Source: Armatimonadota bacterium (GTDB taxonomy: Bacteria > Sysuimicrobiota > Sysuimicrobiia > Sysuimicrobiales > Kaftiobacteriaceae). Taken from it: DNA of 64,000 nt. The translations under genes were made by a program, and so were the position numbers. Below the pieces are notes generated by a model, which saw only the letters and a list, made by a program, of their open reading frames with translations, did not search any database and was not told the origin of the DNA. Positions 39,203 to 49,712 of this stretch are shown here, one piece after another (position 1 is the first letter of the stretch; every line of letters begins with the position of its first letter). The DNA lies in contig JBBIUY010000010.1 in assembly GCA_037440005.1 (NCBI GenBank), positions 1-64,000 on the forward strand, given 5' to 3'.

Positions 39203-39508
39203 TCAGTTGACGGCGCCGCCCTCGTCGTCGGAGGAGTCCTCGCCCAGGATTTCCACGTCGTCGTAGCCGGCTTCGGCCTCGATGGCGTCGGCCACCTTGC
39301 GGAACTCCTCCTCGTCCTCCACCGCGACCAGGGTTTCGCCCTCCACCCGGAAGACGACCGCGGGGTCGTCCTCGGAGACGCCTTCGCCCGACAGCGGCTG
39401 GAGGATGGCGTACCGGTGCCGGTCCACCTCGATCACATCCACCAGGCTGAAGTCATGGGCCTGGCCGTGCTCGTCCAGCAGCGTGATGACCTCTCCCCGG
39501 TCGGCCAC
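39203..39508 (-). CDS. DUF1292-family acidic protein
   Basis: ITLLDEHG..YAILQP..VEDEEEF; typical position between ruvX and mltG. Confidence 0.8.
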   Translation of the reverse strand: MADRGEVITLLDEHGQAHDFSLVDVIEVDRHRYAILQPLSGEGVSEDDPAVVFRVEGETLVAVEDEEEFRKVADAIEAEAGYDDVEILGEDSSDDEGGAVN

Positions 39509-39607
39509 AGCCGCACCTCATTTCGGACGGCCGACCTGGGGCGGCCGGTCCGTCCCGAAGATCCCGCCGGTAGGACGGTGAGAGCGTAACACCGGGGCCG
39601 GGGGGTG

Positions 39608-40018
39608 TCAACGCCGCCGGTCCAGGTACGTCTGCAGGATGAGCGCCGCCGCCACCGCGTCGCGGGCGCGGCGGCGCCGGCGGCGGCTGAGGTCGGCCGC
39701 CACCAGCACCCGTTCCGCCTCGACGGTGGTCAGCCACTCGTCGGCCAGGTCCACCGGCACGCCCAGGGCGTCCTGCAGGCGGCGGGCGAAGCGCCGCGCG
39801 GAGGCCGCCGCGTCCGCCTCGGTGCCGTCCAGCCGGCGGGGCAGGCCCACCACCACCCGCTCCACCTGGTAGCGGCGGACGCGGTCGCGGATCGCATCCA
39901 CCACCTGCGGCCAGGAGCGGCGGGCGATCACGCCCTCGGGCTGAGCCACGGTCCCGTCGGGAGACGAAATCGCCAGACCGATCCGCCGCGCGCCCACGTC
40001 CACCGCCAGCACCCTCAT
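39608..40018 (-). CDS. ruvX: YqgF/RuvX family nuclease
   Basis: MRVLAVDVGARRIGLAIS, VVGLP, DEWLTT, DAVAAALILQTYLD. Confidence 0.95.
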   Translation of the reverse strand: MRVLAVDVGARRIGLAISSPDGTVAQPEGVIARRSWPQVVDAIRDRVRRYQVERVVVGLPRRLDGTEADAAASARRFARRLQDALGVPVDLADEWLTTVEAERVLVAADLSRRRRRRARDAVAAALILQTYLDRRR

Positions 40019-42714
40019 CGCGGTCCTGCCGGGTCCTCCCGCGCCTGGTCCAGCAGGGCGCGGAGAAACTCCGGGTCGCGGCTGGCCCGTACCAACTCGC
40101 CGACCTGGGTCCGGTCCCGCAGCCCGCCCTGGCCGAGGGCCGGGCGGCCGCCCCCGCGGCCGCCGAACCGCTCCACCAGCAGCCGGGCCAGCCGCCCCGC
40201 GTCCACCGGCGGCGTGACGGCGGTGGTGCGGGTCACGACCACCGCTCCGCTCCGGGAGGAGGCGACCACCACCACCCCGGCCGTCCGCTCCCGGTCCAGC
40301 CGCGCCCGCAGCCGGTCGGCCTCCGACCGCAGGTCCGCCGGCTCCTCCAGGTCGGTCTCGGCGACCAGGACGGCCGTGCCGTCCAGCACCACCGCCGGAG
40401 GGGGCTCGGCCGCCGCGGCCCGCGCGCGGGCGGCCCGCACCTCCCGCTCCAGCTCCCGCTCCCTCTCCAGCAGCCGGCCCACCCGGTCTACCAGGTCGTC
40501 GGGACCCGCCCGCAGCCGCTCGGCCAGCGCGCGCAGCGTGGCCTCCTGCTGGCGCAGGACCGCCAGCACCCCCCGGCCGGTGACCGCCTCCACCCGGCGG
40601 ATGCCGGCGGCGACGCCGGTCTCGGCGGTGATCTTGAACAGGCCCACCTGGCTGGTGCGGGACAGGTGGGTGCCGCCGCACAGTTCGCGGCTGTAGTCGG
40701 CAATGCTGACCACCCGGACCCGGTCGCCGTACTTCTCGCCGAACAGGGCCACGGCGCCCGCGCGCAGGGCGTCCTCCAGGGCCATCCAGCGCGACCGCAC
40801 CGGCAGGTCGGCCAGGATCTTCTCGTTGACCCGTTCCTCCACCGCGGCCCGCTGGGCGTCGGTCAGCGGGGCGGTGTGCACGAAGTCGAACCGCAGACGG
40901 TCCGGGGCCACCAGGGAGCCGGCCTGCCGGGCGTGCTCGCCCAGGATCTCCCGCAGGGCCCGGTGCAGCAGGTGGGTGGCCGTGTGGTTGCGCATGATGT
41001 CCCACCGCCGGGGGGCGTCCACGACGGCCCGCACGCTGCGGCCGGCCCGGATCCGCCCCCGGCGCACGCGGCCCCGGTGCACGATCAGCCCCGGCAGCGG
41101 CCGCTGGGTGTCTGCGACGTCCACCTCGCCGTCGCGGCCGATCAGGGCGCCGGTGTCGCCCACCTGGCCGCCGCCTTCGGGGTAGAAGGGCGTGCGGTCC
41201 AGCACCACCTCCACGTCCTCGCCCTCCCCGGCCTCCTCCACCTGCCGGCCCCCGACCAGGACCGCCACCACCCGGGCCCGGCCGCGCAGGCGGCGGTACC
41301 CGACGAACTCGCTAGTGATCCCCGCCTCCGCCACCGACGCGTACTGGCTCTCCTCCGGCCGCGGACCGAACGCCTGGGCGGCCCGCGCCCGCTCCCGCTG
41401 GGCCTCCAGGGCCCGGGCAAAGCCGGCCTCGTCCACGGAAAGCCCGCGCTCCCGGGCCACGTCCCGGGTCATCTCCAGGGGGAAGCCGAAGGTGTCGTAG
41501 AGCCGAAACACCTCCTCCCCGTCCAGGACGCGCCGCCCCCGGGCCAGGGCGGCCGAGAGGAGCTCGTCCAGCTTCTGCAGTCCCGCCGCCAGCGTCTGGG
41601 CAAAGCGCTCCTCCTCCTGGCGGGCGACGGTCTGGATGAAGGCCCGCTGGGAGACCAGCTCGGGATAGCGCTCTCCCATCAGGTCCACCACCGCGCCGGA
41701 CAGATCGGCCAGCAGGGGGCGGGTGATGCCGGCCGAGCGGGCGAAGCGCATGGCCCGCCGCATGATCATCCGCAGCACGTAGCCCCGCCCCTCGTTGCCC
41801 GGCACCACCCCGTCGGCCATCAGAAACGCCATGGCCCGCCCGTGGTCCGCCAGGACCCGGTAGGCCACCCGGTGGGCCTGCCGGCGGGCGTCGTCGTGTC
41901 CCACCAGGGCCTGCAGGCGGTCCAGCAGGGGGACGAACAGGTCGGTGCCGTAGTCGTCGTTGACGCCCTGCAGGACGGAGGCGATCCGCTCCAGCCCCAT
42001 GCCCGTGTCCACTCCGGGCCGGGGCAGCGGTACCCGGGTCCCGTCGGGACGCTGCTCGAACTGCATGAAGACCAGGTTCCACACCTCCAGCCACCGCAGG
42101 CACCCGTTGTCCAGCGCCACGCTGCAGTCCGCCCGGCCGCAGGTGCAGTGGTCAGGACCCCAGTCGTAGTGCAGCTCCGAGGTCGGCCCGCAGGGGCCGA
42201 CGTCGGCCATCATCCAGAAGTTGGTGGCATCGCCCATGGGCACCACGCGCTCGGGCGGCACCCCCACCGCCGCCCAGGCCCGGGCGGCCTCCGAGTCGGC
42301 GTGGTGGATGGTGACCACCAGGCGGTCGGGGTCCAGCCCGTAGCGGGAGGTCAGCAGGTCCCAGGCGAAGGCCACCGCCTCGTCCTTGAAGTAGTCTCCG
42401 AAGCTGAAGTTGCCCAGCATGAAAAAGAAGGTGTGGTGGCGGGGGCTGGGACCCACGTTGTCCAGGTCGTTGTGCTTGCCCTGCACCCGCATGCACTTCT
42501 GCAGGGACGCCGCCCGCCGGTAGGATCGCTGCTCCCGGCCCAGGAACACGTCTTTGAACTGGACCATCCCGGCGTTGGTGAACAGCAACGTGGGGTCGCC
42601 GGCGGGCACCAGCGACGAGCTGGGCACGACGGTGTGGCCCCGCTCCCGGAAGTAGTCCAGGAAGGTGTCGGCCACGGCCTGCCAGGTCCACCGGCCCTGC
42701 GACACCGGCCTCAT
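40015..42714 (-). CDS. alaS: Alanine--tRNA ligase
   Basis: DPTLLFTNAGM, DTGMGLER, NHTATHLLH, ELCGGTH; ATG 42714 with GGAGGAG SD. Confidence 0.97.
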   Translation of the reverse strand: MRPVSQGRWTWQAVADTFLDYFRERGHTVVPSSSLVPAGDPTLLFTNAGMVQFKDVFLGREQRSYRRAASLQKCMRVQGKHNDLDNVGPSPRHHTFFFMLGNFSFGDYFKDEAVAFAWDLLTSRYGLDPDRLVVTIHHADSEAARAWAAVGVPPERVVPMGDATNFWMMADVGPCGPTSELHYDWGPDHCTCGRADCSVALDNGCLRWLEVWNLVFMQFEQRPDGTRVPLPRPGVDTGMGLERIASVLQGVNDDYGTDLFVPLLDRLQALVGHDDARRQAHRVAYRVLADHGRAMAFLMADGVVPGNEGRGYVLRMIMRRAMRFARSAGITRPLLADLSGAVVDLMGERYPELVSQRAFIQTVARQEEERFAQTLAAGLQKLDELLSAALARGRRVLDGEEVFRLYDTFGFPLEMTRDVARERGLSVDEAGFARALEAQRERARAAQAFGPRPEESQYASVAEAGITSEFVGYRRLRGRARVVAVLVGGRQVEEAGEGEDVEVVLDRTPFYPEGGGQVGDTGALIGRDGEVDVADTQRPLPGLIVHRGRVRRGRIRAGRSVRAVVDAPRRWDIMRNHTATHLLHRALREILGEHARQAGSLVAPDRLRFDFVHTAPLTDAQRAAVEERVNEKILADLPVRSRWMALEDALRAGAVALFGEKYGDRVRVVSIADYSRELCGGTHLSRTSQVGLFKITAETGVAAGIRRVEAVTGRGVLAVLRQQEATLRALAERLRAGPDDLVDRVGRLLERERELEREVRAARARAAAAEPPPAVVLDGTAVLVAETDLEEPADLRSEADRLRARLDRERTAGVVVVASSRSGAVVVTRTTAVTPPVDAGRLARLLVERFGGRGGGRPALGQGGLRDRTQVGELVRASRDPEFLRALLDQAREDPAGPR

Positions 42715-42724
42715 GGCTGCTCCT

Positions 42725-42895
42725 CCAATCACAACGCCTCCCGTCCCCAAGGGACGGGAGGCGCGCTCCCGCGGTACCACCCTTCTTCCCCGGCCGCGGC
42801 GGCCGGAGCCCTCGCACGCCGGTAACGGCGGCGCCGTCCCGCTCGGGGGTGGCGAGGCCCGTCCTCGCGGGTGGCACGGGTTTGCACCCTTATTT
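42725..42895 (-). promoter_or_regulatory. T-box riboswitch leader of alaS
   Basis: AAGGGTGGTACCGCGG antiterminator (42769-42785), downstream hairpin GCCTCCCGTCCC/GGGACGGGAGGC, GCCGTTACCGGC stem IIA, candidate GCC (Ala) specifier at 42851-42853. Confidence 0.8.
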
Positions 42896-42948
42896 AACAG
42901 GGGCGCGGCCGCCCTGTCCAGGCCCTCCCGCCGTCGCGCGTCGGCGCG

Positions 42949-44226
42949 TCAGCGCCCGGCCCCGGTGGCCTCGGCCACCAGGGCTTCCACCGCCGCCACC
43001 GCCTCCTCCAGGGCGGCCAGGGCCCGGTCCAGCTGCTCGGAGGTGATGACCAGCGGCGGGGCGATGCGGAAGGTGGAGGGGTTGTTGAGGCTGTAGAACA
43101 CGATCACCCCCCGCTGCAGCGCCTCGGCGGTCACCAGCAGGACCAGGTCGGGGTCGGCGAACTCCACCCCCACCAGCAGCCCCCTGCCCCGGACCTGGCG
43201 GATCATCCCGGGGTGGCGGGCGGCCATCTCCCGCAGCCGGCCCATCAGGTGCGTCCCCAAAGTGGCGGCCCGGGAGACCAGGTCCTCCTCCTGCAGCACC
43301 TGCAACGTCGCCAGGGCGGCGGCGCAGGCCAGGGGATTGCCCCCGAACGTCGAGGAGTGCAGGTAAGGGTTGCGCTCCAGGGCGGCCCACAGGGCCGGAC
43401 GGGCCGTGAACGCGCCGATGGGGATCACGCCCCCGCCCAGGGCCTTGGCCATGGTGAGGATGTCGGGGACGACGCCCCAGTGCTGGCAGGCGAACATCGC
43501 CCCCGTCCGCCCCAGGCCGGTCTGGACCTCGTCCAGGATCAGCAGGGCCCCGGCGCGGTCGCAGATCCGCCGGACCTCCGGCAGGTAGTCGTCGGGAGGT
43601 ACGATCACCCCGTTCTCGCCCTGGATGGGTTCCAGGATGACCGCCGCCGTCCGCTCGGTGACCGCGCGGGCCAGGGCGTCCAGGTCGCCGTAGGGCACGT
43701 GGGTCACCCCCGGCACCAGCGGCTGGAACGGCGCCCGGTACACCTCCCGCCCGGAGACCGACAGGGCGCCCAGGGTCTTGCCGTGGAACGCCCCCTCGGC
43801 GGCCACGAACTCGGTGCGGCCCGTGGCCAGACGCGCCAGCTTCAGAGCGCCCTCGACGGCTTCGGCGCCGCTGTTGACGAAGAAGCTGTACTGCAGGTCG
43901 CCGGGGGTGATGCCGGCCAGCGCCTCGGCCAGGTCGGCCTCCAGCCGCCGGGGCATGGCCCGCACCGACATGGGCATCCGGTCCAGCTGCTCCCGCACGG
44001 CCGCCACCACCTTCGGGTGGCGGTGGCCCACGGCGAACACCGCCGGCCCCCCGGAGCAGTCGATGTACTCCCGTCCGTAGACGTCCCGGATGACCGCACC
44101 GCTGGCCTCCCACTCCAGGGTCAGGACGTTGGCGAACCGGTACAGGCGGGCCAGGCCGGGGTTCACGTAGCGGGCGTACTTGTCCAGGGTCTGCTGCACC
44201 AGGCGCTCGGCCTCGTCAGGGCGCAT
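42949..44226 (-). CDS. Class III aminotransferase, putrescine aminotransferase-like
   Basis: [55 protein letters not shown]. Confidence 0.85.
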   Translation of the reverse strand: MRPDEAERLVQQTLDKYARYVNPGLARLYRFANVLTLEWEASGAVIRDVYGREYIDCSGGPAVFAVGHRHPKVVAAVREQLDRMPMSVRAMPRRLEADLAEALAGITPGDLQYSFFVNSGAEAVEGALKLARLATGRTEFVAAEGAFHGKTLGALSVSGREVYRAPFQPLVPGVTHVPYGDLDALARAVTERTAAVILEPIQGENGVIVPPDDYLPEVRRICDRAGALLILDEVQTGLGRTGAMFACQHWGVVPDILTMAKALGGGVIPIGAFTARPALWAALERNPYLHSSTFGGNPLACAAALATLQVLQEEDLVSRAATLGTHLMGRLREMAARHPGMIRQVRGRGLLVGVEFADPDLVLLVTAEALQRGVIVFYSLNNPSTFRIAPPLVITSEQLDRALAALEEAVAAVEALVAEATGAGR

Positions 44227-44695
44227 CGGTCCCTCCCATCAGGTGGTCCCGGGCCCGGCGCACCACCTCCCGGGTCTCCTTGTAGGTGATGCGGGCCAGG
44301 GCCTCGTCGGGGGAGACCCACTCGCAGGCCACGAATCCCTCCTCGGCCTGCGGGCGGGGCTCTTCGTCGCCCAGGAACTCCAGCAGGAAGTAGCGGACGG
44401 TCTTGTCGTAGTACATGCGGTCCGCCCGCCAGTAAAACGAGTACCGCTCCTCGCCCAGGTCGGCCACCACCCGCACGCGGGACAGGCCTGTCTCCTCCCG
44501 GACCTCCCGCAGGGCCACCTCCTCGGGCGTCTCGCGCTCCTCGATGGTTCCCTTGGGCAGCATCCACCGTCCGCTGGTGTGGCGCAACAGGAGGATCTCG
44601 GGCCGGCCGTCGCGGCGGCGGAACACCACCCCGCCGGCGCTGCGAGCCTGCCGGACCCGCCTGCGCGCGCGACCCCGCGGTGACCGCATCGGCAT
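44216..44695 (-). CDS. NUDIX hydrolase
   Basis: Nudix box LPKGTIEERETPEEVALREVREETG. Confidence 0.92.
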   Translation of the reverse strand: MPMRSPRGRARRRVRQARSAGGVVFRRRDGRPEILLLRHTSGRWMLPKGTIEERETPEEVALREVREETGLSRVRVVADLGEERYSFYWRADRMYYDKTVRYFLLEFLGDEEPRPQAEEGFVACEWVSPDEALARITYKETREVVRRARDHLMGGTDAP

Positions 44696-44720
44696 CAGGG
44701 GCAAAGACGTCGGACGGCCC

Positions 44721-45173
44721 TCAGCGCGGCCGGCTCAGGACCTCCCGCACCAGGTCCGCCACGGCGGCGCCGTCGGCCCGCCCCCGCACCTGGGGCATCA
44801 CCGCCGCCATCACCCGCCCCAGATCCCGCAGGTCCCGGGCGCCGACGCGCTCGACGGCCTCGGCGACGATCCGGCGCAGCTCCTCGGCGGACAGCGGCGC
44901 GGGGACGTAGTCGGCCAGGATGGCCAGCTCCAGCGACTCCTTGCGGGCCAGGTCGTCGCGGCCGGCGCGGGTGTAGGCCTCGATGGCCTCCCGCCGCCGC
45001 CTCATCTCCCGGGTCAGGACCTCGACGACCTCGTCGTCGGACAGGGTCCGGCCTCGCTCGATCTCGGCGTTGTGGATGGCGGCCCGCGCCAGCCGGAGGG
45101 TGGACACCCGCAGGGTATCCCCGGCCCGCATGGCCCGGTGCAGGTCGGCGGTCAGGCGGTCGGAAAGACTCAT
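44721..45173 (-). CDS. GatB/YqeY domain protein
   Basis: Typical YqeY sequence downstream of rpsU. Confidence 0.92.
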   Translation of the reverse strand: MSLSDRLTADLHRAMRAGDTLRVSTLRLARAAIHNAEIERGRTLSDDEVVEVLTREMRRRREAIEAYTRAGRDDLARKESLELAILADYVPAPLSAEELRRIVAEAVERVGARDLRDLGRVMAAVMPQVRGRADGAAVADLVREVLSRPR

Positions 45174-45282
45174 GACCCTGTCCGGCCGGGGACGCAGAGA
45201 GGGGGACGGTCGTCCCCCTCCGCACCCGCCCTGCCCGGATCCGGGCGCCCGAGCCCCCTCATCGGCGGTGTACCGGACGCCC

Positions 45283-45453
45283 TCACCCCCGCCGGCGCCG
45301 GCGCGCCATCTTGCGCCGCCGCTTGGCGCTGGGAGACTCGTAGTGCTCGTGTCTGCGGGCGTCGGTGAGGATTCCCGAGCGCTTCACCTGGCGCTTGAAC
45401 CTGCGCAGGGCGCTGTCCAGACTCTCGTCCTTGCCGACGCGAACCTCGGTCAT
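45283..45453 (-). CDS. rpsU: 30S ribosomal protein S21
   Basis: [29 protein letters not shown]. Confidence 0.96.
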   Translation of the reverse strand: MTEVRVGKDESLDSALRRFKRQVKRSGILTDARRHEHYESPSAKRRRKMARRRRRG

Positions 45454-45557
45454 CTCCCCCACCTCCTCCGCGCCGCCTGCGGCTCCGACCGGGTGGCGTC
45501 GGCCTGCGGCGCCCCGGCTCACCGCCGGCCGTACGGCACGCTGCTGAACACTGGGTC

Positions 45558-45587
45558 ATTATACTACGGGCGCGCGAGCGGCTTCAA
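45558..45587 (-). promoter_or_regulatory. Sigma70 promoter TTGAAG-N18-TATAAT for rpsU
   Basis: Perfect -10 element in a GC-rich background. Confidence 0.75.
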
Positions 45588-45640
45588 AGGCAGGCCACAG
45601 GCGGAGGAGCGGCGTCCGCGGGGCTCGGTGGGGCGACCGG

Positions 45641-46846
45641 CTAGTCCCACCGGCGGCGGTCCACGATCCGGGCGTCGTCGGGACCCAGGGTGCCCGGCGG
45701 CACCACCTCCACCACCGCGCGCAGCCGCGTGGTCTCGCGGATGCTGTCGGCCACGGCCCGGGGGAGGTCGGCGGGGGCGCCCTCGGCCTCCACCCGGACG
45801 ACCAGCTCGTCCTGGTGGTCGCGCCGGGACACCACGGCCTGGTAGCGGCGCACCTGGGGGTGGCGGCGCACGGCGCTGTCCAGCTCGTGGGGATGGAGGA
45901 AGATCCCTCTTACCTTCACCGCCTCCCCCACCCGACCCAGGATCCGCTCCAGGCGGGCCGCCGTGCGGCCGCACGGGCACGGCCCCGGCGCCAGCCGCGC
46001 CAGATCTCCGGTTCCCAGGCGCAGCAGCGGATACAGGGGCTCCAGGAACGTGACCACCACCTCCCCCGCCTCTCCGTCGGGGATGGCGGCGCCGGTGGCG
46101 GGGTCCACCAGTTCCAGGACCACCCGGTCGGCCACGTGCAATCCGGACCGCTGCTCGCACTCGTAGGCGATCAGGCCCACGTCGGCGATGGCGTAGCCCT
46201 GGCTGATGCGCAAGCCGTACCGGTCCTCCAGGTCCTGCCGCAGCGACTCCGCCAGCGGCTCCCCCGACACGAAGGCCCGGCGCAGCGGCGACCGGCCGCC
46301 CGACTGGCCGAGGTGGCCCAGGACCGCCGCCAGAAAGCCGGGGGTGCCGATGAACCCGACGGCCTGCAGGTCCTGCAGGGTCCGGACCTGGATGTCCAGG
46401 TGCCCGACGCCGGTGGGCACCACCACGCAGCCCAGCGCCTGCAGCGCCCCGTCGAACATCGCCCCCGCCGGAGTGAGGTGGTAGGAGAAGGTGTTGACCA
46501 CCACGTCGCCGCGGCGGAATCCCGCGGCGTACAGGGCCGGGGCGAACCCCCAGTAGTCGGGGCGGCGGCCTTCGGGCTCGTAGATCGGGCCCGGAGAGAC
46601 GAAGATCCGGCGCACCTGCTCCGGTGCACCCAGCCATCCGCCAAAGGGCGGGGCGGCTGCCTGCCGGGCGGGCAGGCTCTCCTTGGGCAGCACCGGCAGC
46701 CGGGCTAGGTCCGCCAGGGTGACGGCGTCGGGAGAGCACCCGGCCGCCGCCAGCGCCGCCCGTACCGCCGGCGCCGGACCCGCCGCCTGGCGGAGGATCC
46801 GGCGCAGGGCCTGCTCCTGCGCCGCCCGGCGCTGCTCGGGCGACAT
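45641..46846 (-). CDS. Phenylacetate-CoA ligase (PaaK)-like AMP-binding protein
   Basis: SPGPIYEPEG, NTFSYHLTPAG, YPLLRLGTGD, CPCGRT. Confidence 0.85.
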   Translation of the reverse strand: MSPEQRRAAQEQALRRILRQAAGPAPAVRAALAAAGCSPDAVTLADLARLPVLPKESLPARQAAAPPFGGWLGAPEQVRRIFVSPGPIYEPEGRRPDYWGFAPALYAAGFRRGDVVVNTFSYHLTPAGAMFDGALQALGCVVVPTGVGHLDIQVRTLQDLQAVGFIGTPGFLAAVLGHLGQSGGRSPLRRAFVSGEPLAESLRQDLEDRYGLRISQGYAIADVGLIAYECEQRSGLHVADRVVLELVDPATGAAIPDGEAGEVVVTFLEPLYPLLRLGTGDLARLAPGPCPCGRTAARLERILGRVGEAVKVRGIFLHPHELDSAVRRHPQVRRYQAVVSRRDHQDELVVRVEAEGAPADLPRAVADSIRETTRLRAVVEVVPPGTLGPDDARIVDRRRWD

Positions 46847-46971
46847 CAGTTCGGCGGGGTCGTAGACGTCCGGCGGAATCGGGCCTCACCCCCCGGCGCG
46901 TTCCTCTTCCCCTCCGCCCCCCCGGCTTCCTGTGGAGGAAGGGTGTGCAGGCGGCCCGTAAATACACGGCA

Positions 46972-47748
46972 ATGGGCGGCGGGGAGCCCATCCTCCGGGT
47001 TGAGGACCTGCACCTCAGCTTCCGCGGGATCCAGGCGGTGGCCGGGGTGGGGTTCGACCTGGCCCCGGGCGAGATCCTGGGCATCATCGGACCCAACGGG
47101 GCCGGCAAGACCAGTGTGCTGAACTGCATCAACGGCTTCTACCGCCCCCAGCGGGGGCGGATTCTGTTCCGCGGCCGCGACATCACCCCCCTGCCTCCCC
47201 ACGCCCGGGCGGCGCTGGGCATCGGGCGGACGTTCCAGAACATCGCCCTGTACCCGGGGATGACGGTCCTGGACAACATCATGACCGGGCGGGCCGTCCG
47301 CATGAGCGCCGGCGTCCTGGCCTGCGCCGTGTACGCGGGTCCCGCCCGGCGGGAGCACGTGGCCCACCGGGCGGTGGTGGAAGAGATCATCGACTTCCTG
47401 GAGATCGAGGCGGTGCGCCACCACCCGGTGGCCGACCTGCCCTACGGGATCCAGAAGAAGGTGGAGCTGGGCCGGGCCCTGGCCCTGGACCCCCAGGTCC
47501 TGATCCTGGACGAGCCCATGGCCGGCATGAGCCTGGACGAGAAGGTGGACATCGCCCGCTACCTGCTGGAGCTGAAGGAGGTCCGGGGCCTGCCCATCGT
47601 CCTCATCGAGCACGACATGGGCGTGGTCATGGACCTGTGCGACCGGGTGATGGTGATGGACTACGGGCGCGTGATCGCCGCCGGCCGGCCCGCCGACGTG
47701 CAGCGGCACCCGGACGTGATCCGGGCCTACCTGGGGGAGGCGTCGTGA
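46972..47748 (+). CDS. Liv-type ABC ATP-binding protein (LivG-like)
   Basis: GPNGAGKT, RTFQN, LPYG, LDEPMAGM, IEHDM. Confidence 0.92.
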   Translation: MGGGEPILRVEDLHLSFRGIQAVAGVGFDLAPGEILGIIGPNGAGKTSVLNCINGFYRPQRGRILFRGRDITPLPPHARAALGIGRTFQNIALYPGMTVLDNIMTGRAVRMSAGVLACAVYAGPARREHVAHRAVVEEIIDFLEIEAVRHHPVADLPYGIQKKVELGRALALDPQVLILDEPMAGMSLDEKVDIARYLLELKEVRGLPIVLIEHDMGVVMDLCDRVMVMDYGRVIAAGRPADVQRHPDVIRAYLGEAS

Positions 47749-49712
47749 GCGCGGCCCGGGTGGTGGAGCGGCCGCAGCCGCCGGCGGTGGAGTTCCCCCT
47801 GGACCCGGCTGCCGACACCTTCCCCAAGCTGCTGCGCCGCAACGCCGGCCGGTTCGGCGACCGGACGGCCTTCCGGGAGAAAGACCGCGGCATCTGGCGG
47901 ACCATCTCCTGGCGGGCCTACCACGACAACGCCCGCGCCTTCGGCCTGGGGCTGCGGGCCCTGGGTTTTTGCCGGGGCGACGTCCTGGCCCTGATCGGGG
48001 ACAACCGGCCCGAACTGTTCTTCGCCGCCCTGGGCGCCCAGAGCGTGGGGGGCATCACCTACGGCCTGTACCAGGACAGCCTGGCGGACCAGCTGGCCCA
48101 GCTGCTGGCCTTCGCCGACGCCCGCTACGTCTTCTGCGAGGACCAGGAGCAGACCGACAAACTCCTGGCCGTGGACGCCCAGCTGCCGGGGATCGAGCGC
48201 ATCATCGTGGAGGACTGGCGGGGCATGTGGCGGTACCGCCACCCCAAGCTGATCAGCTTCGCCGAGGTGCAGGAACGGGGCCGGCAGCTGCACGCCCGCC
48301 AGCCGGACCTGTTCGACCGGGAGGTGGACGCGGGCCGGGCCGACGACGTGGCCATCTTCTGCCAGACCTCGGGGACCACCGCCCTGCCCAAGCTGGCCAT
48401 GCTCACGTACCGCAACCTCATCGCCCAGGGGATGAACTTCCACGCGGTGGAGCCCCACATCCGGGAGAGCGACGAGTTCGTGTCCTACCTGCCCTTCGCC
48501 TGGATCGGCGAGCAGATGATCTCCACCACCCTGCACCAGCTGGTGGGGTTCACCGTCAACTTCCCCGAGGAACCCGAGACCGCCCAGCGGGACTTCCGGG
48601 AGATCGCGCCCCACTTCACCTTCGCCCCGGCGCGGATCTACGAGGGGCTGCACACGGCCATTGCGGTGCGCATGCTGGACGCCGGGTGGCTGCGCCGCCG
48701 CATTTACGACTGGGCCCTGGCCCTGGGCGTGCGGGCGGTGCAGTTGCGGTCCCGCGGGCAGCCGGTCCCCGGGTGGATGCGGGCCCTGCGGGTCCCGGTC
48801 CGCTGGCTGGTGTACCGGCCCCTGCTGGACAAGATCGGGTTTTCCCGGATGCGGGTGGCGTGGAACGGCGGGTCGCCCCTGGGGCCGGACTACTTCGCCT
48901 TCTTCCACGCCCTGGGGGTCAACCTGAAGCAGATCTACGGACAGACCGAGATCGCCGGCATCTCCTGCGTCCACCGGGACGGGCAGGTGCGGTTCTGGAC
49001 CATGGGCTCTCCCATCGCCCACACCGAGGTGCGGGTGACGCCCGAGGGGGAGATCGTCAGCCGCAGCCCCAGCGTCTTCGTGGGCTACTACAAGAACCCC
49101 GAGGCCACCGCCCGGGCCCTGCGGGACGGGTGGCTGTACTCGGGCGACTACGGCACCCTGGACCCCAGCGGCGACGTGATCATGTTCGACCGCATGGCGG
49201 ACGTGATCACCCTGGCCGACGGCTCCCGGGTGAGCCCGTGGGTCATCGAGGCCATGCTCAAGTTCACCCCCTACATCCAGGAGGCGATGGTGGTCTGCGG
49301 CCCCGACGGGGCCACCCTGTCGGCCATCGTGACCATCGAGATGCGCAGCGTGGGCAAGTGGGCCGAGGACCGGGGCATCGCCTACACCTCCTACGCGGAC
49401 CTGTCCCAAAAGCCCCAGGTCCTGGACCTGCTGGAGGGCATCGTGCGGGACGTCAACGCCCGGCTGCGCCCCGAGTGGCGGGTGCGGCGGTTCGTCTCCC
49501 TGTACAAGGAGTTTCACCCCGACGACGACGAGCTCACCCGCACCCGCAAGCTGCGCCGCCGGTTCATCGCCGAGCGCTACCGGGACCTGATCGCGGCCCT
49601 GGGCGAGGGCCGGCCCGCCTTTGATGCCACCCTGCTGGTCCGCTACGAGGACGGGACCACCCGGCAGGTGGCCACCACTCTGCAGATCCGCGAGGTCCGG
49701 GACGCACCGTGA
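47745..49712 (+). CDS. Long-chain acyl-CoA synthetase-like protein
   Basis: GTG 47745 coupled to the previous stop; QTSGTT..PK, YGQTE, GWLYSGD, ELTRTRKLRR. Confidence 0.9.
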   Translation: MSAARVVERPQPPAVEFPLDPAADTFPKLLRRNAGRFGDRTAFREKDRGIWRTISWRAYHDNARAFGLGLRALGFCRGDVLALIGDNRPELFFAALGAQSVGGITYGLYQDSLADQLAQLLAFADARYVFCEDQEQTDKLLAVDAQLPGIERIIVEDWRGMWRYRHPKLISFAEVQERGRQLHARQPDLFDREVDAGRADDVAIFCQTSGTTALPKLAMLTYRNLIAQGMNFHAVEPHIRESDEFVSYLPFAWIGEQMISTTLHQLVGFTVNFPEEPETAQRDFREIAPHFTFAPARIYEGLHTAIAVRMLDAGWLRRRIYDWALALGVRAVQLRSRGQPVPGWMRALRVPVRWLVYRPLLDKIGFSRMRVAWNGGSPLGPDYFAFFHALGVNLKQIYGQTEIAGISCVHRDGQVRFWTMGSPIAHTEVRVTPEGEIVSRSPSVFVGYYKNPEATARALRDGWLYSGDYGTLDPSGDVIMFDRMADVITLADGSRVSPWVIEAMLKFTPYIQEAMVVCGPDGATLSAIVTIEMRSVGKWAEDRGIAYTSYADLSQKPQVLDLLEGIVRDVNARLRPEWRVRRFVSLYKEFHPDDDELTRTRKLRRRFIAERYRDLIAALGEGRPAFDATLLVRYEDGTTRQVATTLQIREVRDAP

